Below are positions 26,801-38,800 of a stretch of DNA of 64,000 nucleotides, piece after piece (the first letter of the stretch is position 1; every line of letters begins with the position of its first letter). The notes under the pieces are model-generated. The model did not search any database and was not told the origin of the DNA. It saw only the letters and a list, made by a program, of their open reading frames with translations. The translations under genes were made by a program, and so were the position numbers. This DNA comes from Leucoraja ocellata (taxonomy: Eukaryota). Location: positions 1,302,001-1,366,000 of the forward strand of contig JAWMAR010000107.1 in assembly GCA_036785375.1 (NCBI GenBank), given 5' to 3'.

Positions 26801-29800
26801 CCGCCGGCACAGCCACGCACCTTCTGTGAAAACGTTTAAGGAAGAACTGCAGATGCTGGAAAAATCGAAGGTAGTCAAAAATCTGGAGAAACTCAGCGGG
26901 AGAGACATGCACGGATTGCATGAAGCTGCCTCACCCGCTGAGTTTTTCCAGCGTTTTTGTCTACCTTCTGTCAACACGTGATTTGATGCCTGCCATCCGG
27001 GGCGTGATCCATGTGTACACAGACATGCGTCCCGGCCCCTATGCAGAACAAGGTTGCCGAACCCTGGTTTAGGCCAATCCTTCTTACGGCACTTTTTTTG
27101 AAATTTGGTGCTGAAATTGTATTGTGCTAGAAGAAGAAACAGCATGAATCACTGCTGGGGAATCAGCTTTTAACAAATATTTTAGGAGGAGGAAGAGGCC
27201 ATTTAGTCGTTTGAAACTTTTGTCATTCTTCAAGATTTTGGCTAATCATCTACCTCAGCATCACTTTTTTTCAGCACTATCCCCATATCCCTTGATTCAC
27301 TCACTTTCCAGGTCCATATTTGGAATGAACTCAATGACCGAGCATCGGGGATAGAGCACTTCACGAATGCACCACTCTCAACATGAAGAAATGTTTCCTA
27401 ACCACAGTTCTAAATGACCTGTTCCTTAATTTGAGACTGTGGCCATTGGTTCTATCACCTCAGCCAAAGGAAATATGCTGCCTGCACCCACCCTGCCGAG
27501 GTCTGTAAGAGTTAAAATGAGATCTCCCCCCATTCTACCAAACTCTCATGAACACTGTCCCAAGCCACAATCTCTCCATATAAAGCAAACGTACCATCTC
27601 TGGAACCAGGCACATAAATCTTCACTGTACTCCTTCCCTGGCAAATATTTCCCTTTCTAATTAAGTTCTAAACTGTACAGAATATTCCAGGTACAGTCTC
27701 AATACTGTAGCTCTGCTTCATAACTGGGTTACGCTTCTTACATGAAATTCAATAATATTGCAATTTGAAAGGTGCCGTATAAAGGTGCCACTAATATATT
27801 CCATTGGATAGTCTGTTATTGTGGAAGGTGAATAGTCCAAAAATGCCTGCCATGACATTGTGACAAATGCCATTTGGCTTTTAAAAATACTTGCAGGGTA
27901 GGTATCCTTAAGTAGTTCATAATTCATGCTACTAATGAAGTTGTATTGAATATATTGGGAGGCAGTTTACAATCTTGCGAGAGGTAATATCCAATATACT
28001 TTACAGGGAGTTGACACGGAGAATGCAGGATTTGGCCATGTAACCTGATAGCTTCCAGATCAAAGCACATGAGGCATCTGATCAGCAGTTTGCCAAGATC
28101 AATGAAGCAATGTCCTGATTTTATTTACTGTGTTGGAAGGATTCGAAAAATCACTTGAAGAGCTACTCTTGCTCCTGGATAATTTTGGTCCGGATATGAT
28201 ATCCTACCTGCTTCCTGGTAGACCAGGAATATACTGTATAGGGCAGCACAGTGACGCAGTGTTAGAGTTGCTGCCTTACAGCGAATGCAGCGGCGGAGAC
28301 CCAGGTTCGATCCCGACTACGGGTGCTGTCTGTACAGAGTTTGTACGTTCTCCCCATGACCTGCGTGGGTTTTCTCCGAGATCTTTGGTTTCCTCCCACA
28401 CTCCAAAAATGTACAGGTATGTAGGTTAATTGGCTTGGTAAATGTAAAAATTGTTCCTCGTGTTAATATGCGGGGATCGCTGGTCGGCGCAGACCAGTTT
28501 GTCCGAAGGGCCTGTTTCCGCGCTGTATCTCTAAACTAAACTATATTGTGCAAATTTCACCAACTGAATTTCACATTGTGAAATTACACTGTGCCTCTGT
28601 CCATTCTGTACCCTTCATCATCTGGCAGCATCTGTGGGGGGACATGGAATGTCAATGTTTCTGGTCAGAACCCTTCTTCATATTTGACTGAAATGTCACC
28701 TGTCCATTTCCCTCCATTGATGCTGCCTGATCTGCTGAGTTACTCCAGCAGTTTGCTCAAGATTACAGCATCTGCAGTCTCGTGTCTCCCAGTAAACACA
28801 ATCTTTATTCCTGGCAGTTGGTCTTCAACTCAGCACATGCATGATACAACAGTCTTACAGGATGCAGTGTCTGAAGCCAGTAGCAATCCACTTAAGATGG
28901 TTTTCTAAGCTAATAGACTGACACCACAGGGCATCCTCTTTAAACATAATGAACAATAGTGTAGAAAAAGGTAAACATTCTTACACTGGAGTCTTATATT
29001 GACTACTAAGTTAATACATATAATTTGGAAACACAGAGATACCATTCAAATGTTTTTAATGTAGTTACATTCAGGAACTTATACCCATCTATCAAACAGT
29101 TACCTATTTGGATTGTTATTCCTGGGAGACCTTCCCGTGGCAACCCTTTTTGCCCAACATTCCTTCTTCCTATGGATTTTCAAGTAGATTGTGTTCTTGA
29201 TCTACGTTGGTTATATATAGAATGATATGTGCGCAAGCATTCCTGTCTCTTCGGACATTCTTGGAGAATTCTGTCCAGCCAGTGCATTTGTGCTTTGATC
29301 TACACTACTTCTGAAACACCCTGAACTTCCTGAATTCATTGCATTCTCCCTCTCATATACTTCACTCAGTCTTCTCCTCTGACCCTTTCCCAAAAACCCT
29401 GGAAGCTGATTCAGCCATGTTTGTTAATGACACCTTGAGCAGACAGTATCTGTGTTGAAACAGCTCTGGTCCCATTGAAGTGATTCCACTGCTTGTCACC
29501 TTGATGCCACGCATCATTCTGTCAATTTGTCCTTTTTCATCCAGTTGACTATGTCATTCACAACAATTGGATTGCAGAGGATCATTCCAACATTGACCAC
29601 ACACCATGAAGCAGATACCTAATTCTAACCCTGGCACTTATAGTGATCTTGCTTTGAGTTATATACATGATCTCGGTCGACCTTGCTATAGATGCTGCTC
29701 TCCACATTGTTCCCAGCCCTCAACTCTGAAGGCTCAAATTTAGCTGAAACAGCCACTTCCTGGGATTGCCCTGTTGGTTCCTGTCTCCAATCTCAACAGA

Positions 29801-32800
29801 TTCTATAAGAAGGGTCTGAAGAAGGGTTTCGGCCCGAAACGTCGCCTATTTTCTTCACTCCATAGATGCTGCTGCACCCGCTGAGTTTCTCCAGCAATTT
29901 TGTGTACCTTCGATCTTCCAGCATCTGTAGTTCCTTCTTGAACAGATTCTATAAGGAGCTTCTTGAGAAGTACCATTTTGATATCTCAGATGAATACTGC
30001 CAGAAGATCGCCCCTCTCACAGTTCCTGATACAGATTCCTCTCTTGCTCCTGTGTCTTCACACTGACTTTTGTCTTCCTGCTCTTTGAACATGTGTCTTG
30101 ATATTTCACTGCAAATGCTCCCAAGAAGTGAAATACCCATATTCCACTTCCTTCATCGTTCAATCTGGTCCGTGGGTACTGCAGCCACTGGGTTATCAGG
30201 ATCTTTCAGATCTCTGAGCCTTTTCCTACAGTCCAGATCTTTGCAAAAACTGGCGCAAATATTCACCCTTTTCAACTGACATTCCGCTAGATGTCATCCC
30301 ATGGATTCCTCAATGTCAATGTATTCAGAACTCTTCTTTGCGGGGAATTTGCTGAATTTTCCTCCAGGTAAATTGTGGACTGAAATTCTCTATTTTGGGT
30401 ACCTTTTGTTCATTTCCTCACATTGATGCCAAAGGCATTAGGTGGCACAATGGCATGTTAGTTAGTGTTGCTGCATCACAGCTCCTGTAACCAGTTCAAT
30501 CCTGACCATGGGTTCTGTCTTTGTGGAAATCACACATTATTCCTGTTTTCTTCAGGTGCTCTGGTTTTCTCCCATGTAAACTGTTTGATATGGTAATTGG
30601 CTACTGTAAATGCTCCCGATGAGGGTGGCTGGAAGGAGATTTGAGGGAGTTGCTAGGAATGGGGGGGGGGGGGGGGGGGAGAAAATGGGTGCCCTAAGGT
30701 TGCTATAAATATGATGAGCCGAAGGGCCTGTTTCCATGCGTCATGACTGACATTGGACGTTTAATTTTACTACGGTTATAACAGCAGGTTGCTTTAGTGG
30801 ACAGGTGGAAGTTGTGTGGTCTTCCTGACGTCAGTAACAGCACCTCCTGTCTCTTGTAAATGTGACCATCAGGCATCCCATCTCTATGGTTGCTCTCGTG
30901 AGATGGTATCCAGCTGGAATTGTCCCTACTAATATTGCTACATTGAGCCTTGCTACATTTCTTAGGCAAGCGCTCAGTGTAATCTCCAAATGGCAACTGA
31001 ACTTTCAACTATGAAATATATCCTGAAGAACACATCCAAACACTACTAAATACTTTGTGCGTTTTACCTTATTTCCTGAGATTTCCAACCTATCCCATTA
31101 CTGCCATCTTGTTTTAGGAGCTTTGGTGTGTGCTGATCTCGTTTTTGTTCCAGCAATGCTTTCAGTTTTGCCACTTGCGCAAATTTGAAAACTCCCCAGT
31201 CTCATTTTCTCCAGCCAGGGACTTTCACACATCACATGTTTGTCATCAGTAAAACAATGCTTTCTTATTTTTTTTGGAACTGGTGTTCATCTGTATTCAT
31301 CGCAGTCAGTCTTCAACAAGTATAATGCAAGAATGTTGCAAAATATAACTGCGTGATACAGTCAAACAGTCATAGAGTGATACAGTGTGGAAACAGGCCC
31401 TTCGGCCCAACTAGCCCACACTGACCAGCAGGTCCCACCGTCCCAGCTACACTAGTCCCACCTGCCTGCACTTGGTCCATATCCCTCCAAACCTGTCCTA
31501 TCCATGTACCTGTCTAACGGTTTCTTAAACGTTAGGATAGTCCCAGCCTCAACTACAACATCTGGCAGCTTGTTCCATACACCCACCACCCTTTGTGTGA
31601 AAAAGTAACCTCCTATTAAATCTTTTCCCCTTCACCTTGAACCTATGTCCTCTAGTCCTAGATTCCCCTACTCTGGGCAAGAGACTCTGTGCATCTACCA
31701 GATCTATTCCTCTCATGATTTTGTACAACTCTATACGATCACCCCTCATCCTCCTGCTCTACAAGGAATAGAGACTCAGCCTACTCAACCTTTCCCTACA
31801 GCTACACTGTTTAGTCCTGGCAACATCCTCGTAAATCTTCTGTGAACCCTTTCATGCGTGACAATATCTTTCCTATAACATGGTGCCCAGAACTGAACAC
31901 AATATTCTAAATGCAGTCTCACTGACGTCTTATACAATTGCAACATGATCTCTCAACTTCTATACTCTATACTCTGACTGATGAAGGCCAATGTGCCAAA
32001 AGCCTTTTTGACCACCTTATCTACCTGCGACTCGAACCTTCAAGGAAACATGCACCTGCACTCCCAGATCCCTCTGCTCTACACCACTCCCCAGAAGGAT
32101 CTGGGGGATGGGGGTGTATGGGCGAGGGGATGGGGGAAGAGGGGTGTGTGGGTGAGGGGAGTTGTGGAGGGAGAGGGGTCTGTGGGCGGGGGGGGGGGGG
32201 GGGAAGTAGGCTCAGAGAAAAGACGGGGGAAGAGCCATGGGCGAGAGGGGGGTATCACGGAGGAGGGGGGGAGGAGCCAGCGAGGGGGACCAGAGGGGTA
32301 GTGGCTGGAATTGGCGGTGTGATGCGGACTCACAGCGGGCGCTGGTCGTTCTTCTCCACCGGGATCAGAGTCTCCGCTATCCATTTGGCGACATCTCCAT
32401 TTCCGGGCTGGGCTGGGTCTCCGACGCTGGGCTGGGCTGGGTCTCTGATGCTGGGCTGGGCTGGGTCTCTGACTCTGGGCTGCTTGGGGTTGGGCTGCTT
32501 CGGGTCCCTCAAAAAATTGTGTCCGGTCGGAAACCTCTGCTGGCCATCCTCCGCTCCAGTAAAGATGCAAATTTCCAATGTTTCAAAGACATTTACACAG
32601 CTTCCTGGATGGAAAAGGCGTAGAAGGATATGAACCAAATAGAAGAAAATATGACGGCCTCTGATGGACATCTTGGTCAGCAAGGAAGAGTTGGACTGAT
32701 GAGCTTGCTTCTGTGCTGTTTAACTTGATGACTCTCTGACTCTATTCCTTCCACTACACCCTTAGTAAACATTGTGAAAAATTAAGGCAGTAGAGCAGAT

Positions 32801-35800
32801 CCCTGCAGAACACCAGTTGGCAAGTTCCACAAACAGAGAATGTTCTCTTTAACCCTATTTTAGTTTAGTTTAGAGATACAGTGCGGAAACAGGTCTACCG
32901 GGTCTGCGCCAACCAGTGATCCCCACACATTAAAACTATCCTTCACCCACCAGGGACAATTTTTACATTTACCAAGCCAATTAACCTACAAACCTGCACG
33001 TCTTTGGAGTGTGGGAGAAAACCGAAGATCTCGGAGAAATCCGATGCAGGTCACGGGGATAACGTACAAACTCCGTACAGACAGCAGCCACAGTCGGGAT
33101 CGAACCCGGGTCTCCGGCGCTGCATTCGCTGTAAGGCAGCAACTCTACTGCTGTGCCACTGTGACCGCCCTATTCTCTGTCTCCACTTTTCAATTGAATT
33201 ACCAACACAAATGACAATTGCTTGAATTCTAATTTTTGCCAGTAATCTCTTGTGTAAAACCTTATCAGATATCTTCTGATTGCCATGTGGAAATTCATGG
33301 CAACAGATGACTTTACAACAATAATTTCAGGAGATTTTTTACTATGTGACACATTGTGCCTCAGTTAGACAATAATAGCAAGGTGGGTCTGGACATTTTG
33401 GACCTTTTCCTACATCTTAAACTACTGGAGTACTTTTTTTTGGATTTCATGCACTTTAGATATTTTCCTTAGAAAATGTAGCGATTCTGTTCTGGTAAGT
33501 CTGATTGTTCATCAAAATGGCATTTTGAATATTCGTGCCAACATTTCCATTGGTGCCAAGATGTGGGTCCTTTATAATTGGAGACTGCAAGATGCTCTTT
33601 GGTTCCTGCACACTAGTTTATGGTGATTCATGAAGAAATAAATACCCAAATCCTCTTTTATCCCCACAGTCAATCGTTGTGCAAAAACATTTAAATTGTC
33701 TTACTAAAATTAAAATTGGATGTCTTGGGTCTTCTTCACTAACTTAAACTATATCTTCGTGATCCCACCTACACAATCTTAATCCTTCAATCGTCTGTTT
33801 TCCCATTCCTTGCTGGTTTTGTCCATCACGGTACTGAATCTCAACAGTGTCTGACTCTGATCCAAAGTGATGTTCAAGCTTTTCTCCACTAACTTTGACC
33901 ACATTTTCATGTTAAGAGTATCAGTAACAGAGATGTTGGCCTGTTTTTATTATTTCTTCCTGCCTTTCCAGAGGCACATCACGAATGATTCACAAGATTC
34001 AAATATCTGAATTTCCTACAAACACCTGGGCCTGTGACCTGAGTCTGTCAGATCTAGAATTACATGTTCTGAACATGAAATCTTGCTGACATAGGTCCAT
34101 AGGTCATTTAGCATCTCACTTGTTGGTTTTTAAAAATATGTCTAATGTTATTTATGGTCAGTGATCCTTTAAATGGGAAGGAATTACAAGCTTGCATCTC
34201 GGGGTGAAAGACACTCATACACTTGCTACATCACTGTTCCAATGCAATTTCAGATTATCGCTAAAACATACATTCCAGAATTACATAATAAGAGACAAAT
34301 GATTCCTAACACAAAGCCACACTAAGTAAGAGCATAGGTTGTTCTGAGTTCTAACCTCAATTTTGTGCTAATTCTGATGGATCTGCTGAGAATTCTCAAA
34401 GGATTTGCCTCGCAAATTATCTGTACGCTATGTCTTATTGGGCTTGTCCAATGGGGCTGACATTCATAATTTGATAAAACTACTGGATTCAGCTTCAGAT
34501 TACAGCTTTACATACATGACCTTGTCAGATATGTGTCTTCAGAAGTCCACGGATGTCTTGTGCTTAAAGGGTAAACACAATAACAAATGTTTGCATGAAA
34601 GAGGGATCTAGTGATGGGGAAGATGAATGTAACTGTTATTGTCCTCACCCTCTTTGCCAGCACTGCTAGCTCATCTGCTCTTTCCCACTCTTGCTTAACC
34701 TTTGCTTATGAAGCATGGAGGAATTAAGGGGCTTTTGCTCTTGACTTTGGTAGTTCAGAAATGGGGCACAGATGAAGTTGCTTCTTGGCTGGAGCTGCTC
34801 AGCTTGGGAGAATACAAAGAACGCTTCATCCGTCATGACATCCGAGGTTCTGAGCTATTGCACCTGGAAAGGCGTGATCTGAAGGTACTTCCTTTAAAGA
34901 CCATTGTGCTCATTTTCCCCTTGCATTTGCGCCCTTTCCTCCATCACACCTTCCTTTCCCTACCCTGCCCAACCCCCTGCAATTCATCCCTTTCTATTCT
35001 CTGCTGTGCTTGGCTTGGCTTGCTGTATTCCGTCATCTGATCAAACATATTTCAGCAAAAATGATTGTCACTAATTTTTGATATTTGCATGTTAAGCAGC
35101 TGATCATGCCTCTTCACAAGGCATTTTATACATCATACCTGAAAGTACTTTTCTTTCTACTCCACATTATATATGTGTAAGAGATGAACAAAATGTCCTG
35201 CGGTGATCTTCCTTTGATCATAGTATAGAAGAAAAATAAATGTGTTTTACCTGTTGTATGTGCTCTTCCTACCTCTCACTCTCCTTTTGTTTTGTAGTCT
35301 CTCATCCCTTGACTGTGTCCGCTTCACTTGCTGGGTCTGGCTGAATGCTCAGGAGTCGCTGGTACGGTTCCTGGACAAATTCATCAGGATATAATGAGTT
35401 GGGCCATTTCCCACAATGACATTAGACAGTGCTTCACAATCTAGATTCAGATTGTTGGCAAAAACTTTAATGCACACCATAGAAGCCAAAGATATCAATT
35501 AATCCGTTTAAATCAGTTTGTGGAAAGTTCAATTGAATTTACATCGAGAAACTTGTGTTCCAACTGTGCAATGGCATCCTCCAAACAAGTCTTCCAATCT
35601 CCCTTCATCTAATCCCAACCTAGATCTATACTTGCAATAGCAAATTTCACCTGCCATTCACTGATAGTGTCTCCTGAACATTTCACTGGATTTGTTAGTG
35701 ATTATATTCCACATGTGACCCCATATTAACATCCACCAAAGGTGGAAAGGTCTCTACAAACTATCAAACACATGTGTACATTTTAAAGATCTGCAGGAAC

Positions 35801-38800
35801 AGAAAATGCCATTGCCTGGTTCTCCTGATATTCATTGTAGTATCTTACTCGTAGCACATTCCTTGTGAATGCTTCACCTACAGCAATGTTTCTTGATGAA
35901 ATGGAAGGCAGGCACCAGAAATTCATTCACACGGTTCCTCCAAAACTGTTGTTCCGTTGATCATGGGTTAGAGAAATTCTGTGCACATTTGTGGCTTCAG
36001 AGACCATTTCCCTTTTCTCTCCAGGTGTAAAGGTCTCCCAAAATATAACATCAGTGATGCAGTGTAATTTTTTTTATGTTGCTTGCCTGAAACAGAAAGT
36101 CTCCAGAACAGCCAGATTTTGCTAACTTTTTAAAGGGTCAGCACTCAAATGGTATTTAGTTTTTATCTTTGAGGTCTGAGGTCCCCCTGAGGGCTAAAAT
36201 ACAACCTGTGCATTGACTGTGTTGCCTTCCCATGGCTTTCAGGATCCCAGTATTCTCAATAACCTCAGGATCATTTCAAACATTTCCTGTTGACATTTGC
36301 CACATCTGACAGTTTGTTGCTCCTCACTGCTTTAAGCAGGTCACCCAAACTTAAACTAAAATAAGTTCTTCAACTTTCCCTCCAGCCCACACGAACAGGT
36401 GGTGTGGGCTCGTGCATTTGTCCGCACTCCAGCTTTCCCGAAGTTCAGGCATTCAGAGACTCTTCTTATGTCATTACAGCATCCCAACGGGAATGCCTGG
36501 CTGTGTCCACAAGGATCTCCAAGACTCCCTTTCACACGAACCATTCCTCCTGTGGGCACTGTTCTTTACCAGCCAGTGTCCTTTGGATGACTGTTCCACC
36601 CTATCCCTCAGGCATTCAGGAGCAACATCCACCTGTTTCTGGAAATGTTTCCCACGACATATCTCTTTGGGACATGCCTGAAAACATCCTACCTGCTGGG
36701 TAAGATGCTGAGAAAACCTGTAACTCATCAGTAGGGAATGCTGGGCTGAAAGTGACAATGTCAGTGTCCCCGAGAAACCCATTCACACCATTTTGTGAAC
36801 CTGACAGAAGAATTTCATTTTCCCTTTGTGACATGCGTTATGTTCACAAACTGTTAGTGAGACCTGCAACACTGTTTTTGATGCCAAACAAAAATGTGCT
36901 CACAAAAAATCACTAATTCCAGGAGTAAGGACAAATAACAGAAACATGAGGCAAGCAGTAGTACATTCAGCCCCTTTGGTCTGCTGCACCATACTGTTAG
37001 GTCACAGTTGATCAGTATCTCAAATCTGCCTCAGTTCTGTAAACCTTCATACTCTTATGTATTAGAACTCCCTGTTTTGAGGTTTTCAAATGACACTCCC
37101 ATCCTCAACAACCTTTTGGAAAGCGGAATTCCAGATTTCCACCAATGTTTTGTGGATGTGTGTTTCTCGTTATCTCAAACTACCTCTGATTTCAAGAGTT
37201 ATGCAACATGGAAACAGGCCCTTCAGCCTTACCTGTCCATGATGACTGATGTCTACCTGAGCTTGTCTCATTTGACTGTGTTTGGTCCAACTCCCACTCA
37301 ATCTTTCCTTTCATGTGCTTGTCCATATGTCTTTTAAATGTTATAATTGTACCTGCCTTTCGACTTCCTCTAGCAGTTCGATGCACATACCCACCACCCT
37401 CTGTATGAAAAGTTGCCCCGCAGGTTCTCTATCAATCTTTTCACTCACACTTTAAACCAATGCTTTTAGTTTTACACTACTGTAACCTAGAAAAAGACTG
37501 ACATTCACCTAATCTATGCCCCTCATTATATATATATATATATAAACTCACTCATCAGCTTCCTACATTCCACTAAAAACAATCTCAACCTATCCAGTCT
37601 TTCCTTATATCTCTATATGCCATCCCATTAACATCCTTGTAAATCTTTTCTGCACCCTTTTCAGTTTTATGACATCCATTATACAGCCAGGGGACCAGAA
37701 CTGCATACACTCCTCTTTGTGTAATTTCACCAAAGTCTTGTACAGCTGCAACAAATTCCAACTCTTGTACTCAGTCCCCTAACTGATGAAGGCAAGTGTG
37801 CCAAACATCTTCTTCACCACCCTGTCTAGCTGTGTCACCACCTTCAGTTAGCTGTGTCAGGCAGCAGCTGTGGAAGTAAATGGACAGTTGATGTTTCAGA
37901 TCCTGTGTTTGATAAACAAGACAAGTTCCTTTCACAGTCCCATTCTAAAATTCAGATTTTCATTCCATTGTTATCAGTTTTACACATCTTCCCACATAAT
38001 TCATCATATCAAGTTGCAAATGGTATTTTTAATACTGCACTATACACTGCTAATCAGTTCAGGTAGCAGCCAAGGGTGTGATTAAATTTAGTTAGGAGTA
38101 ATGCAAAATCTCTCATGCTACCTCTGTAAGTGAAAATTTAATTTGATCATAGGTTGAGCAGCACTTTCAATGGAAGAGTTCCTGTCTGCATTCAGTATAT
38201 TCCAACAAATGTTCTCTTAATAATTCTGTTTTTCTGCCCATTTTGCCCTTTTTTCCTCTTCTAAAGTCCTGCCCAGACAAGTCCATGTAATACCCTTGTC
38301 AGGAGTCCAAGTGACCTCCTGCTTGGCCCAATAATTAACATGTTTCAGTGGGACAAGTGCTGCTTTGCAGTTGCATTCTCGTTACTCTCCTGAGTGATCA
38401 GAGATCGACTTTTCTAATAAATCATCCGCAAGGCAAATTCACCTAGTCTTCAACAGAGTGTCATAGTCTTCCCGGGGCTGGACGGGTACTAGAGGCATTG
38501 TCATTATGCCTCTCAAAATTTTCTTTGAAGTTGAGAATGAACCTATGTGGAATTAAGTTCTTTGATTAAATGGTCTTGGTTTCACTTGTTTGGTGTCCCT
38601 GCATTCTTGCATGTTTATAATGAGGATACTAAATCCCCTGCTTCACGTTCATAAGTGATAAGGAGCAGAATCAAGACCACCCCACCATTCAATCATGGTT
38701 GATCTATCTTTCCCACTTAACCCCATTCTCCTGCCTTATCCCCATGACCCCTGACACCTGTACTAATCAAGAATGTATCTATCTCTGCCTTAAAAATATC

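Noticed and set aside
28241-28325. tRNA-like sequence with A/B boxes
   Set aside because: It is the tRNA-derived head of a V-SINE, not a tRNA gene.
31938-32683. Overlapping 100-230 aa ORFs on both strands
   Set aside because: GC-rich low-complexity insert with few stop codons; no recognisable domain.
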